Assembly (NCBI GenBank): GCA_963836755.1
Contig: CAWIKF010000002.1
Coordinates: forward strand, 2,080,001 to 2,144,000
Source of the DNA: an uncultured Verrucomicrobiae bacterium
GTDB taxonomy: Bacteria; Verrucomicrobiota; Verrucomicrobiia; Chthoniobacterales; Chthoniobacteraceae
Reading direction: 5' to 3'
DNA: 64,000 nt
Made by a program: the position numbers and the translations under genes. Every line of letters begins with the position of its first letter. Positions within the stretch are counted from its first letter, which is position 1. Below, piece after piece: positions 1 to 10,396 of the stretch. The notes under the pieces were generated by a model, which was not told the DNA's origin, made no database searches, and worked only from the letters and a program-made list of their open reading frames with translations.

Positions 1-52
1 GCATCAAGAACGGAACGAGAAAAAAACGCGCCTTCACTTTCAACCGCAACAT
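1..52 (-). CDS. Possible 5' end of a gene running off the window edge ([17 protein letters not shown]...)
   Basis: ATG at 52-50, open to position 1; basic then hydrophobic, like a signal peptide; divergent from fcl. Confidence 0.3.
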   Translation of the reverse strand, partial: MLRLKVKARFFLVPFLM

Positions 53-123
53 CGTCCGCGCACCCGCGGCGGCAAAGACAAAACAATCCACAGCGCGCGC
101 GCCGCGTGCTAGCTTGCGCTCCC

Positions 124-1062
124 ATGAAATCCAAAACGATCTTTGTCGCCGGTCATCGCGGTCTCGTCGGCGGCGCCATCGTCCGCGATTTGCAGGCGCA
201 CGGCTGCACGCGCATCGTCACGCGGACGCGCGCGGAGCTTGATTTGATGCGGCTGGAGGAAGTGCGCCGCTTTTTCGAACAAGAGCGCCCGCAGATCGTG
301 GTGGACGCGGCGGCGAAGGTCGGCGGCATCAAGGCGAACAACGATTTTCCGGTCGAGTTTCTACTCGATAATCTCGCGATTCAAAACAACGTCATCCGAT
401 GCGCGCACGAGTTTGGCGTGGAGAAATTACTCTTCCTCGGCAGCTCCTGCATTTATCCAAAATTTGCTGAGCAGCCGATTTCAGAATCGGCACTGCTGAC
501 AGGCGCGCTCGAGCCGACGAATGAAGCTTACGCGATCGCTAAAATCGCCGGCATCAAACTTTGCCAATCTTACGCGCGCGAGTATGGAAGCGATTTCATC
601 AGCGCGATGCCGACGAATCTTTACGGCCCGGGCGACAACTTTGATCTGCAGAATTCGCACGTGCTTCCCGCGCTGTTGCGCAAAGTGCACGAGGCGAAAA
701 AATCGGGCGCGCGCGAAGTGGTGGTGTGGGGCAGCGGAACGCCGCGGCGCGAATTTCTGCATGTGGACGATCTCGCAAAGGCGTGCCGCTTTCTTTTGGA
801 AAAATATGATTCGCCGGAAATCGTCAACGTCGGCACCGGCGAGGATGTAACGATCCGCGAACTGGCCGAGTTGGTCTGCGATGTCGTCGGCTTTGAAGGC
901 GCCCTCGCCTTTGACGCGAGCAAGCCCGACGGCACGCCGCGCAAACTGCTCGACATCTCGCGAATCAAGGCGCTGGGCTGGTCGCCGGCGATCACGCTGC
1001 GCGACGGCATCGCCGGGACCTATCGCTGGTTCCTGGAAAACGGCGCATGCGGTTCGCCGTAG
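124..1062 (+). CDS. fcl: GDP-L-fucose synthase
   Basis: [11 protein letters not shown]ossmann start, [21 protein letters not shown] catalytic Yxxx[21 protein letters not shown]. Confidence 0.95.
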   Translation: MKSKTIFVAGHRGLVGGAIVRDLQAHGCTRIVTRTRAELDLMRLEEVRRFFEQERPQIVVDAAAKVGGIKANNDFPVEFLLDNLAIQNNVIRCAHEFGVEKLLFLGSSCIYPKFAEQPISESALLTGALEPTNEAYAIAKIAGIKLCQSYAREYGSDFISAMPTNLYGPGDNFDLQNSHVLPALLRKVHEAKKSGAREVVVWGSGTPRREFLHVDDLAKACRFLLEKYDSPEIVNVGTGEDVTIRELAELVCDVVGFEGALAFDASKPDGTPRKLLDISRIKALGWSPAITLRDGIAGTYRWFLENGACGSP

Positions 1063-1117
1063 CTGAGGCTTTACAACTGCGGCCCGTTTGCATTTAGCTG
1101 AGGCGGTTCCCCTCCTT

Positions 1118-2026
1118 ATGTCGCTGCAAAAAAGTTCCCTCGTCGCCGTTCTAATTTTGTCGCGCGTCGCCTTCTCGCAGGACGCCCAGCCGGTCGATAC
1201 CGCCTCGATGCTGCAGAATCTCCAGCAGATCGAGACCAAGCACGAAAGCGCTTTGAAAGCGCAGAACAACAAGCTCATTCAGGACCTGAGCGCGGCTGGC
1301 GCGGACAACAGCAGCGCGATCAACTTTTACCTGCAAGCGGTCGAGCAAGTGCAATTCCAGGGCCAGACGCGCGAGCACACGCAATTCCAGGAATGGAAAA
1401 AGAAGGACGCGAACCAGTTGAAGGATCCGGACATGCAGAATGCCGTGCGGCTGCATCTCAATTACCTCGTCATTTCGCTTCAGCACGCGATGGGCGCGAC
1501 CGTCGAGCAATTGATGCCGAGCCTGCTCAACTACGTGAATCAGGTCGAGACCGACCAGGACGCGATCGCGTCGCAGAACCTGATGAAGCAAAGCATCGCG
1601 AGCAGCATTTTCGTGAAATGGTATGGCCTCGGCGGGATGATCGTCGGATTGAAGGATTGGGAAATGTTGCCGGGCAATGTGGAGGGCATTTACTCCACGA
1701 CGTTGCTCCCCGAGATGCGCAAAAACAAAGACCCGCGCCTGCTGCAATATTGGGATCAAAAAATTTCACGCGAAGCGGCGCAGGCCTCGAAATCAAATCT
1801 CTCCTTCACCACACAGGATTTCGAGCAACTGCGCCGGCCGAAGCTGCTCTGGTCGCGCGCGCAGGATGAATTGCTGCTCGGCCAGCGCAATCGCGCGATC
1901 AGCGACATGTTTGCGCTGATCAAAAACTACGGCAATCATCCGAACGCTGGCGCGTGGATCAGCGAGCTGAAAGGAATCCTCGCACCAGCGCCTGCGGAAC
2001 CTTCCGCGACGCCGGCGGGAGGCTAA
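1118..2026 (+). CDS. Secreted helical hypothetical protein
   Basis: Long ORF with host-like codon use; signal peptide MSLQKSSLVAVLILSRVAFS-Q. Confidence 0.75.
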   Translation: MSLQKSSLVAVLILSRVAFSQDAQPVDTASMLQNLQQIETKHESALKAQNNKLIQDLSAAGADNSSAINFYLQAVEQVQFQGQTREHTQFQEWKKKDANQLKDPDMQNAVRLHLNYLVISLQHAMGATVEQLMPSLLNYVNQVETDQDAIASQNLMKQSIASSIFVKWYGLGGMIVGLKDWEMLPGNVEGIYSTTLLPEMRKNKDPRLLQYWDQKISREAAQASKSNLSFTTQDFEQLRRPKLLWSRAQDELLLGQRNRAISDMFALIKNYGNHPNAGAWISELKGILAPAPAEPSATPAGG

Positions 2027-2037
2027 GACAAAGTTCT

Positions 2038-3330
2038 TTACGCGCCGTCATGCACGCGCGCGGCAACTTTGAGCCGGAGCGCATTCAATGCGATAAAACC
2101 GCTCGCGTCGCTTTGGTTGTAAGCTTTCGTCGGGTCGGCTTCCATCGTCGCGATGTGCGGATTGTAAAGGCTCACGGGCGACTTGCGGCCAGCGGTGATG
2201 ATGTTTCCTTTGTATAACTTCAGCCGCACAATGCCTGTCACGTTGTTTTGCGTCTCGGTCACTAGCGCCTGCAGCGCGAGCCGCTCTGGCGCAAACCAGA
2301 AGCCGTTGTAAACGAGCGTCGAATATTTCGGGATCAGCGAGTCGCGCAAATGCATCACTTCGCGATCCATCGTGAGCGATTCGATCTGCCGATGCGCAAA
2401 GTGCAAAATTGCGCCGCCGGGGGTCTCGTAAACTCCGCGCGATTTCATGCCGACGAAACGATTCTCGACCAAATCGACGCGACCGACGCCATGTTTCCCG
2501 CCGAGTTTGTTGAGCACGCGCATGACCTGCAGCGGCGAAAGCGCGGCGCGATTTTCGGCATCGTATTCGCCGCTCGGCTGCTCGCCCAATTGATCGAGGA
2601 GCGCATCGAGACCGCCATATCCGAGCGCGGTGCAGATGCCTTTTTCAAAAACGAGTTCCACATATTCCGCCTCATCCGGCGCTTCCTCGGGCGACACGCT
2701 CAGCACATACATGTCGCGCGCGCTTTCCGCGCTGGCGTCAAACCACGGATCTTCCAGCATGCCGCTCTCGAAGCTGATGTGCAGAAGATTGCGATCCATC
2801 GAATACGATTTTTTCGCGCTTGCGGCGACCGGGATTTGATTTTTTTCCGCATACGCGATCATCTCGGCGCGACCGGGAAATTGTTCGCGAAAACGTTCCT
2901 GCCGCCACGGGGCGATCACTTGCAGCTCCGGCGCGAGCGCGGCTGCGGTCAGCTCGAAGCGCACCTGATCGTTTCCTTTGCCGGTCGCCCCGTGCGCGAT
3001 CGCATCGGCGTTTTCCGCGCGGGCAATCTCGACCATCCGTTTCGCGATCAAAGGCCGCGCGATGCTGGTGCCGAGAAAATATTGGTTTTCATAAATCGCG
3101 CCGGCCTGGATCATCGGAAAAATAAAATCGCGCGCAAATTCCTCGCGCAGATCGTCGATGAAACATTTCGCCGCGCCCGTCCGCAGCGCTTTCGCATCGA
3201 GCCCGTGCAATTCTTCCTCCTGGCCGACATCGGCACAAAAGGCGATGATTTCCGCGGAGTAGGTTTCCTTTAGCCATGTGAGCAAAACGGACGTGTCGAG
3301 TCCGCCGGAATACGCGACGACTATTTTCAT
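2038..3330 (-). CDS. argG: Argininosuccinate synthase
   Basis: [50 protein letters not shown]. Confidence 0.97.
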   Translation of the reverse strand: MKIVVAYSGGLDTSVLLTWLKETYSAEIIAFCADVGQEEELHGLDAKALRTGAAKCFIDDLREEFARDFIFPMIQAGAIYENQYFLGTSIARPLIAKRMVEIARAENADAIAHGATGKGNDQVRFELTAAALAPELQVIAPWRQERFREQFPGRAEMIAYAEKNQIPVAASAKKSYSMDRNLLHISFESGMLEDPWFDASAESARDMYVLSVSPEEAPDEAEYVELVFEKGICTALGYGGLDALLDQLGEQPSGEYDAENRAALSPLQVMRVLNKLGGKHGVGRVDLVENRFVGMKSRGVYETPGGAILHFAHRQIESLTMDREVMHLRDSLIPKYSTLVYNGFWFAPERLALQALVTETQNNVTGIVRLKLYKGNIITAGRKSPVSLYNPHIATMEADPTKAYNQSDASGFIALNALRLKVAARVHDGA

Positions 3331-3422
3331 AAGCGCGTTGTTGTAACCGCCACCGCGCGCGGAGGGAACACGCATTTTCGCGTGCTTGTGCTTTTCGCCG
3401 ATTCGCCGTTTGCTTTCGGGCC

Positions 3423-3767
3423 ATGGGCGACAAACTCGAGCAAGGTTTGGAAAAAGCGGGCATCGCCGGCGCGCGAAAGCATCTATTTATTTGCATCGGA
3501 CCCGATTGTTGCAAATCCCGCGAAGGCGAAGTGACGTGGGATCATATCAAGCGCCGCGTGAAGGAGTCTGGCGTCAAAGTTATGCGGACGAAGGCCGCCT
3601 GTTTTCGCATCTGCACCGGCGGGCCGTGGCTTGTGGTCTATCCGGACGGCATTTGGTATGGCGAGGTGACGCCTGAGCGATTCGAGCGGATTTTTGAAGA
3701 GCACGTTCTGGGCGGCGAGCCTGTTCGCGACTGGGTTGTCGCGGAGAACGATCTCGCGCGGCGTTGA
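3423..3767 (+). CDS. Thioredoxin-like [2Fe-2S] ferredoxin
   Basis: HLFIC...[32 protein letters not shown]. Confidence 0.88.
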   Translation: MGDKLEQGLEKAGIAGARKHLFICIGPDCCKSREGEVTWDHIKRRVKESGVKVMRTKAACFRICTGGPWLVVYPDGIWYGEVTPERFERIFEEHVLGGEPVRDWVVAENDLARR

Positions 3768-3817
3768 AAGACCTTCCGTAAGATCGGAAGTGGCGTGGCG
3801 CTTGCTATGAGAGAGGC

Positions 3818-4969
3818 ATGCGTAATTTCAAAGTCGCTCTCGCCATCGGTGTGACGGCAGCCGCAGCGGTCGGCACCGCCGTCGCGTTCCGCCCGCACGC
3901 CGCCGCGCCTCAAGCCGCTGCGCCGGTCAAACCCGTTGCCGCCGCCGTCGCAAAGCCCGCGATGCGTGTGACACTGGATTTGCCCGCGGCACTTTTGCAA
4001 AATCGCGTTCGCGCTGAATTCAAGGGCAACGGCAAAGATCGGATCGCATTTACTTTGCATAACAACGGCGCGGAGCCGCTGCGGCTGCACATTGCCGGCG
4101 GGCAATTTTTCACGTCGGCAAAATCGAGCGTCGCATTGCTGCGCTCGTGCGATGTGGACATCGAACCGAACTCGCGCAAATCCGACGAATGGCACACCGT
4201 CGCGACGAGCTCCGCAAATTTGATCGGCGACGACGCCTTCAACATTTCCGCCGCGAAGTTGCCGCATCTCGACACACTTTTCGCCTATCTCGACGAACAT
4301 CCGGAAGTCCCGATCGGCGCCGCGCAAGCCGCCACACTCGCGCTGACCGAGAACGTGCCGCTGAGCGCTTTCGCAAGATTTTCCATGCCCGACGGCGGCG
4401 CGACTTCGAAGGTCGATACGACCGCTTTTAAAACAGACACGTGCGACATCGTCGCGGCGCTGATGGTTTTGCGGGACGCGAAACTTGATGCGCAGCTCGC
4501 GCTGGCCGTTGATCCGCAGCTCAAGATCGAGGCGATGATCGACCCGCTCGCGCACGCGATGGCGCTTCATTATTACGACATCCACGACGAGTGGGCTTAC
4601 TGGAAAAACGAGCTGCTGCAGGGCAATCTCGCGACGCGGCATTACGCGCTTTTCGGCATCGGCCGTTTTTACCCAGAGATCGCGGTGCAGATGCTGCCAA
4701 AGTGGATTCGCTCGCAGCAAACCAGCGCCGTGTTTCGCAAATCCGCCATTCAAGCGCTCGCGGAAACGCAGCAGCCGGAAGCTCTTGGAATCCTGCGCCA
4801 GCTCCAGAATGAATTCGGCGCCGGCAGTGAATACGGAAAAATCTCGCAGACAGCCGCTGACTATCTCGACGCGCAATTCAGCAAACCCGCGACCGCGAAG
4901 ACCGGCGTTCCATTTCGCGCCTCGAGAAATTTCGCGCAGCAAAAGCCGGTCATTGCCGCGATGAATTAA
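3818..4969 (+). CDS. Exported hypothetical protein with C-terminal HEAT-like repeats
   Basis: Signal or anchor plus Ala/Pro linker; TRHYALFGIG and FRKSAIQALAE resemble HEAT helices. Confidence 0.65.
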   Translation: MRNFKVALAIGVTAAAAVGTAVAFRPHAAAPQAAAPVKPVAAAVAKPAMRVTLDLPAALLQNRVRAEFKGNGKDRIAFTLHNNGAEPLRLHIAGGQFFTSAKSSVALLRSCDVDIEPNSRKSDEWHTVATSSANLIGDDAFNISAAKLPHLDTLFAYLDEHPEVPIGAAQAATLALTENVPLSAFARFSMPDGGATSKVDTTAFKTDTCDIVAALMVLRDAKLDAQLALAVDPQLKIEAMIDPLAHAMALHYYDIHDEWAYWKNELLQGNLATRHYALFGIGRFYPEIAVQMLPKWIRSQQTSAVFRKSAIQALAETQQPEALGILRQLQNEFGAGSEYGKISQTAADYLDAQFSKPATAKTGVPFRASRNFAQQKPVIAAMN

Positions 4970-4987
4970 TTTCATTTTCCCCGCGCC

Positions 4988-5030
4988 TGCGTCGCGAGTG
5001 GATTCGTTCTGCTCGCGGCGCATTTTTTTT
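4988..5030 (+). terminator. Intrinsic terminator
   Basis: TGCGTCGCGAG / CTCGCGGCGCA stem followed by T8, downstream of the 3818 ORF. Confidence 0.6.
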
Positions 5031-5043
5031 GCGCAAAAGCCGC

Positions 5044-5061
5044 TTGTGAAATTTTTCACAA
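5044..5061. promoter_or_regulatory. Rex-type operator (also fits CRP/FNR geometry) upstream of nuoD
   Basis: Perfect palindrome TTGTGAA-ATTT-TTCACAA, 60 nt before the nuoD ATG. Confidence 0.7.
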
Positions 5062-5120
5062 AAGTCGCTTGCGCCGCGCCTTTGAGCGCACGTAGAGTTT
5101 TGCGCCTTCCGGCACGACGC

Positions 5121-6365
5121 ATGGCTCTGACCACACAAGAAATCGAATCGCCCGATACCGCCGCACGCGTCGCGCAGGTGGCCGCCGGCGACGATTTACT
5201 CGGCGAGAAATTGATTTTAAATATGGGGCCGTCTCATCCCGCGACGCATGGCGTGCTGCGGATCGTGCTGGAACTCGACGGCGAGCTGGTCACGAAAGCG
5301 ACGCCCGATGTCGGTTATCTCCATCGCGGCGACGAAAAAATCGCGGAGGCGATGCAATATAATCAGTTCGTTCCTTACACCGATCGGCTCGATTATCTGG
5401 CGCCGCTGGCGAATAACGTCGCCTACGCGCTCGCAGTGGAAAAGCTGATGGGCTGGGAGCTGCCGCCGCGCGGCCAGGCGATTCGCGTGATCTGCTGCGA
5501 GCTCGCGCGCATCTCGTCGCATCTGCTCGGGCTCGGCGCTTACGCGATGGATGTCGGCGCTATGACTGTGTTTCTTTACACATTCACGGAGCGCGAAAAA
5601 ATTTACAATTTGTGCGAGCAAATTTCCGGCGCGCGTTTTACGACCAGCTACACGCGCATCGGCGGCCAGACGCGCGATTTGCCGCCGGAGTTTTTCCCAT
5701 GCGTGCGAAAATTTCTCGATGAATTTCCGGCGAAAATCGACGAGTCGGACAATCTGCTCACGCGCAATCGGATTTGGATTGAGCGAACGCGCGACGTCGG
5801 CGTGATCACAAAGGAAAATGCGATCGACTACGGATTGTCCGGCCCGAACCTGCGCGGCTCCGGCGTCGATCACGACCTTCGGAAAAAGCATCCATATCTC
5901 GGTTACCAAAACTACGATTTTGACATTCCGGTCGGCAGCGTCGGCGACTGCTACGACCGCTATCTCGTGCGGCTGGAAGAGATGCGCCAAAGCGTCCGCA
6001 TTTTGAATCAAGCGCTCGCGAAGCTTCCGGATGGCCCGATCAACGTCGTCGATCCGAAAAATTTTCCACCGACGAAAACCGAGGTGCTTACGAAAATGGA
6101 GGAGCTTATCCACCATTTCATCATCCACACCGAAGGCCCCGACGTGCCTGCCGGCGAAATTTATTTCGGTGCGGAAAATCCGAAAGGCGAGCTCGGCTTT
6201 TACATCAACTCACGCGGCGGCGGCACACCGCATCGGCTGAAAATTCGCGCACCCTCTTTTTGCAATCTCAGCATCCTGCCCGCGCTTTTGCCGGGCCACA
6301 TGATGAGCGATGTCGTGGCGATCCTCGGCTCGCTCGATTTCGTGATGGGAGAATGTGACCGATGA
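5121..6365 (+). CDS. nuoD: NADH-quinone oxidoreductase subunit D
   Basis: LNMGPSHPATHGVLR, GYLHRG, DRLDY, ENPKGELG, DFVMGECDR. Confidence 0.97.
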   Translation: MALTTQEIESPDTAARVAQVAAGDDLLGEKLILNMGPSHPATHGVLRIVLELDGELVTKATPDVGYLHRGDEKIAEAMQYNQFVPYTDRLDYLAPLANNVAYALAVEKLMGWELPPRGQAIRVICCELARISSHLLGLGAYAMDVGAMTVFLYTFTEREKIYNLCEQISGARFTTSYTRIGGQTRDLPPEFFPCVRKFLDEFPAKIDESDNLLTRNRIWIERTRDVGVITKENAIDYGLSGPNLRGSGVDHDLRKKHPYLGYQNYDFDIPVGSVGDCYDRYLVRLEEMRQSVRILNQALAKLPDGPINVVDPKNFPPTKTEVLTKMEELIHHFIIHTEGPDVPAGEIYFGAENPKGELGFYINSRGGGTPHRLKIRAPSFCNLSILPALLPGHMMSDVVAILGSLDFVMGECDR

Positions 6366-6646
6366 AATTCACGCCGCTGATCTTCATGCTCGCTCTCGGC
6401 CTCGGCGCATGCGGCCGACGCGTGACCGATACAAATCTCGATTGCGTGCGGCCCGACATGAGCACGAAGGAAGTCGAGTCGATTCTAGGCCAGCCGACGC
6501 GCGTCAAAACTCACGAGCTGACGCTGCTCACCGAAATGAAAACACTGCCGGCGCAGCGCTATTATTATGAGCAGGATGGCCAGACCGTGGAGCTGATTTT
6601 CGTGAACGACAAACTCGTCGGCAAAAACGGGAGTTTCAACAAATGA
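6362..6646 (+). CDS. Small lipoprotein (BamE/SmpA-like pattern) inside the nuo operon
   Basis: Lipobox LGAC; PDMSTKEVESILGQP pattern; ATGA overlaps with both neighbours. Confidence 0.75.
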   Translation: MKFTPLIFMLALGLGACGRRVTDTNLDCVRPDMSTKEVESILGQPTRVKTHELTLLTEMKTLPAQRYYYEQDGQTVELIFVNDKLVGKNGSFNK

Positions 6647-8679
6647 CAATCGATCCTGATTTCGAAAAACAGATCGACGAGGTCATCTCGCATTATCCGG
6701 TGTCGAAGCGGAGCGCGTCGCTGCCGCTGCTTCATTTTTTCAACGAAAAGTTCGGCTTCGTTTCGGATGACGCGGTCACGTGGATCGCCGCGAAGCTAGA
6801 CCTGGAGCCGATCAACGTCCTTGAGCTCGTCACATTTTACCCGATGTTTCGTCGCGCACCCGCCGGCGCAAAACACATTCGCGTCTGCCGCACGCTCTCG
6901 TGCGCAATGGCAGGCGGCTACGAGCTTCGCGCGAAACTCGAGCGAGCTTGCGGCATCGAGATGCCCGCCGCAAATCAGCACGGCGCGAGCGATCAAGAGC
7001 ATTCAAACTCGATCGAGAAAGTTGCGCACACTGATGTGCACAACCCCGGACACGGCAATCCAATAACCGTTTCGCCCGATGGAAAATTTTCCATCGAATT
7101 TGTCGAATGCCTTGCGAGCTGCGGCAGCGCGCCGGTCGCGATGGTGAACGACGATTTGCACGAAAACGTGAAGCTCGATCGCATCCCTGAGTTCCTCGCG
7201 AGCAGCGAATCGGACGCGACGAAGCCGAAACTTCGTGCGCCGCATCCGCGCGAGCGTCGGATCGTTTTCGCAAACGTTGATCGCGAAGGCTGGCGCACCG
7301 ACATCGACACTTATTTAAACAACGGCGGTTACAACGAATTGAGGAAAGCGTTGACGATGCCGCCGCAGGAAATCGTCGAGGAGGTGAAAATATCCGGCTT
7401 GCGCGGACGCGGCGGCGCCGGCTTTCCGTGCGGCGTGAAGTGGAGTTTCATCAAGCCCGGCGGACCAAAACCGACGTATCTCATTTGCAACGCCGACGAG
7501 TCCGAGCCCGGCACATTCAAGGATCGATACATCATTCATCAGGACCCGCATCAGCTGCTCGAAGGGATGATCATCGCCTGCTTCGCGGTCAATGCGAAGC
7601 TTGCCTACATCTACATCCGCGGGGAATTTCCCGAGGGCGCGCAGATTTTGGAGAAGGCGCTAGTCGAGGCGCGCGCGAAAAATTTTCTTGGCAAAAACAT
7701 TCTCGGCAGCGGCTTCGACTGCGAGATTTACGTGCACCGCGGCGCGGGCGCTTACATCTGCGGCGAGGAAACAGGATTGATCGAATCGCTCGAAGGTAAG
7801 CGCGCTTATCCGCGCATCAAGCCGCCCTATTTTCCGGCGGTGCTCGGCCTTTATCAATGTCCCACAATCGTCAACAACGTGGAGACGTTGTGTGATGTTA
7901 AACACATCGTCAAAATGGGGGGTGCCGAATACGCGAAGATCGGCAAACCGAACAATACCGGCACGCGCATTTTGTGCGTCAGCGGGGACGTTCAGCGGCC
8001 GGGTTATTTTGAATTGGAAGTCGGCGCGGTGACGATGGGCGAGCTGATCAACGACCTTTGCGGCGGCTTGAAACCTGGTCGCAAACTCAAGGCGATCATC
8101 CCTGGAGGCTCATCAGCAAAAGTTTTGCGGGCTGGTGAGAAATTTAAACTGAAAGAAAAACAAGCGGACGGTTCGATGGCTGAGCGCGAAATTTCGCTCG
8201 AGGAAATCCCGATGGATTTCGATTCGCTCGCGGCTTGCGGGTCGATGGCCGGTTCCGGCGGTGTGATTGTTCTGGACGATTCGCGCGACATGGTCGCGAC
8301 GCTCAACAACATCAACGAATTTTACGCGCACGAGTCATGCGGCCAATGCACGCCGTGTCGCGAAGGCTCGCTTTGGATGAAAAAAATCACCGACCGAATG
8401 CTCGCCGGCGGCGGCGTCGATCGCGATACGGCGGTTTTAAAAACCGTCGCTGACAATATCGCCGGCCGCACGATCTGTGCTTTTGGCGAGGCGTGTTCGT
8501 GGCCGACGCAGAGCTTTGTCGCGAAATTCCGGGAAGAGTTTGACGCGCGAGCGCAAAAGCCTGTGCCGCCGCCGATGCCGCCGGAATACAATCCGGAACA
8601 ACTGGAGAGCATGGTGAAAATCGAAGCCATTCCTGGCGCGCGCGATCAGGGCATGATGGCACCCGCGGCGACTGAATGA
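6643..8679 (+). CDS. nuoF: Fused NuoE-NuoF
   Basis: NuoE CRTLSC and ECLASC; Nuo[50 protein letters not shown]; single open frame. Confidence 0.93.
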   Translation: MTIDPDFEKQIDEVISHYPVSKRSASLPLLHFFNEKFGFVSDDAVTWIAAKLDLEPINVLELVTFYPMFRRAPAGAKHIRVCRTLSCAMAGGYELRAKLERACGIEMPAANQHGASDQEHSNSIEKVAHTDVHNPGHGNPITVSPDGKFSIEFVECLASCGSAPVAMVNDDLHENVKLDRIPEFLASSESDATKPKLRAPHPRERRIVFANVDREGWRTDIDTYLNNGGYNELRKALTMPPQEIVEEVKISGLRGRGGAGFPCGVKWSFIKPGGPKPTYLICNADESEPGTFKDRYIIHQDPHQLLEGMIIACFAVNAKLAYIYIRGEFPEGAQILEKALVEARAKNFLGKNILGSGFDCEIYVHRGAGAYICGEETGLIESLEGKRAYPRIKPPYFPAVLGLYQCPTIVNNVETLCDVKHIVKMGGAEYAKIGKPNNTGTRILCVSGDVQRPGYFELEVGAVTMGELINDLCGGLKPGRKLKAIIPGGSSAKVLRAGEKFKLKEKQADGSMAEREISLEEIPMDFDSLAACGSMAGSGGVIVLDDSRDMVATLNNINEFYAHESCGQCTPCREGSLWMKKITDRMLAGGGVDRDTAVLKTVADNIAGRTICAFGEACSWPTQSFVAKFREEFDARAQKPVPPPMPPEYNPEQLESMVKIEAIPGARDQGMMAPAATE

Positions 8680-8686
8680 TTTTTCC

Positions 8687-10396
8687 ATGAGCACCGAAAT
8701 CGCCGCTCCACCTTCAATGCTGAACGTCCAGATCGACGGCGTCTGGATGCAGTTCCCGAAAGGCACGCGCATGATCGAGGCGTGCGCGCAGGCGGGCAAA
8801 TTCATCCCCCGTTATTGCTATCACCCGAAACTTTCGTCGCCGGGAAATTGCCGGATGTGCTTGATCGAAATGGGCATGCCAAAAATGGGGCCGGACCGCA
8901 AACCGATCATCGGCGCGGACGGCAAAGCGGAAATCGGCTGGATTCCGCGGCCGCAAATTTCCTGCGCGCAGGACATCGCGGAAGGCATGGGGATTCGCAC
9001 GAATTCGCCGCTGGTGCAGGATTGCCGGCAGGGCGTGATGGAGTTTTTGCTCATCAATCATCCGCTCGATTGCCCGATTTGCGACCAGGCTGGCGAATGC
9101 CGTTTGCAGGAATTTTCCGTGGAATACGGCCACGGCAGATCCCGCTTCCTCGAGAACAAAGTCAAGAAGCCGAAAAATGTCGAGCTTGGCCCGCGCGTCA
9201 CGCTCGATGCCGAGCGTTGCGTGCTTTGCTCGCGCTGCATCCGTTTTATGAAAGAGGTCGCGCACGACGATGTGCTCGGCTTTGTCGATCGCGGAAGTTT
9301 TTCGACGATCGCTTGTCATCCCGACAAAAAACTTGAGAGCAACTATTCGTTAAACACCGTTGATATATGCCCCGTCGGCGCGCTGACTTCGAGCGACTTT
9401 CGTTTCAAGATGCGCGTCTGGTTTTTGCAGGAAACCAAAAGCTTCTGCACAAGCTGCGCGACGGGCTGCAACACCGTCATCGGTGCGCGGCAAAATGTGA
9501 TTTATCGCCAGACGCCGCGCGAAAACAATGACGTCAACTCAGTCTGGATGTGCGACTACGGCCGGCTGAATTTCCATTATTTGCAAAGTCCGGAACGCCT
9601 GACGTTGCCGACGGTGCGCGATGCTGACGGCCACGCGATTACATCATGGGAGGTCGCGATCTCGCGCGCGGCGACGGCGCTGAAAAAGTTCGCCGGCTTC
9701 GAAATCGGAATCATCGCATCAGGAAAGATGACAAACGAGGAGCTGTTCCTGACGAAGCGGCTCGCGAGCGCTTTAAACACGCGTTTGTTCGACATCGTGC
9801 CGCACAAGGGAGAAGGCGACGACATCCTGCTCAGCCCGGATCGCAATCCCAACACAGCGGGCGCGAAATTGCTCGGCATCACCGGCGAGCAACCTGGCGC
9901 GCGGCTGCCGGAAATTTCCATCGGCTTGAAAACGAGCCTCGTCAAAGCTCTGCTCGTTTTCGGCGAAGACGCGACGGCGGTCCTTGGAAACGAAATTGCC
10001 AATGCGCGGCTGATCGTCGCGATGAACATTCTTCCGAACGCAACGACGAAGCTCGCACACGTCGTTTTGCCCAGCTCCGGATTTGCGGAAAAGCGCGGTT
10101 CGATGATCAACAAAACTGGACGGTTGCAGCGTCTGAACCGCGCGACCCAGCCGCCCGGCGAAGCGCGCGACGACTGGGAAATTCTGCGCGATTTGATCCA
10201 GGGCGTCTCGGGTTCCAACGGCATTTACATGATCGAGGACGTCTTCAAACAGATGGCAGCAGCGCAGCCGGAACTTGTGGGATTGAGCCTGAGCAAGGTC
10301 GGCGATCTCGGCGTGCAGGTTTTGAAAAAGCCCGCCGATCCTGCATCCACGCGGCTTGACGCCGATCAGCCCAACGCGAAAACACCGACGCCGTGA
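8687..10396 (+). CDS. nuoG: NADH-quinone oxidoreductase subunit G (short form)
   Basis: PRYCYHPKLS..GNCRMC, NHPLDCPICDQAGEC, CVLCSRC, CTSCATGC. Confidence 0.93.
   Translation: MSTEIAAPPSMLNVQIDGVWMQFPKGTRMIEACAQAGKFIPRYCYHPKLSSPGNCRMCLIEMGMPKMGPDRKPIIGADGKAEIGWIPRPQISCAQDIAEGMGIRTNSPLVQDCRQGVMEFLLINHPLDCPICDQAGECRLQEFSVEYGHGRSRFLENKVKKPKNVELGPRVTLDAERCVLCSRCIRFMKEVAHDDVLGFVDRGSFSTIACHPDKKLESNYSLNTVDICPVGALTSSDFRFKMRVWFLQETKSFCTSCATGCNTVIGARQNVIYRQTPRENNDVNSVWMCDYGRLNFHYLQSPERLTLPTVRDADGHAITSWEVAISRAATALKKFAGFEIGIIASGKMTNEELFLTKRLASALNTRLFDIVPHKGEGDDILLSPDRNPNTAGAKLLGITGEQPGARLPEISIGLKTSLVKALLVFGEDATAVLGNEIANARLIVAMNILPNATTKLAHVVLPSSGFAEKRGSMINKTGRLQRLNRATQPPGEARDDWEILRDLIQGVSGSNGIYMIEDVFKQMAAAQPELVGLSLSKVGDLGVQVLKKPADPASTRLDADQPNAKTPTP

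Noticed and set aside
2540..2640. Roughly 20-aa insertion in ArgG
   Set aside because: Probably a surface loop; catalytic motifs are intact
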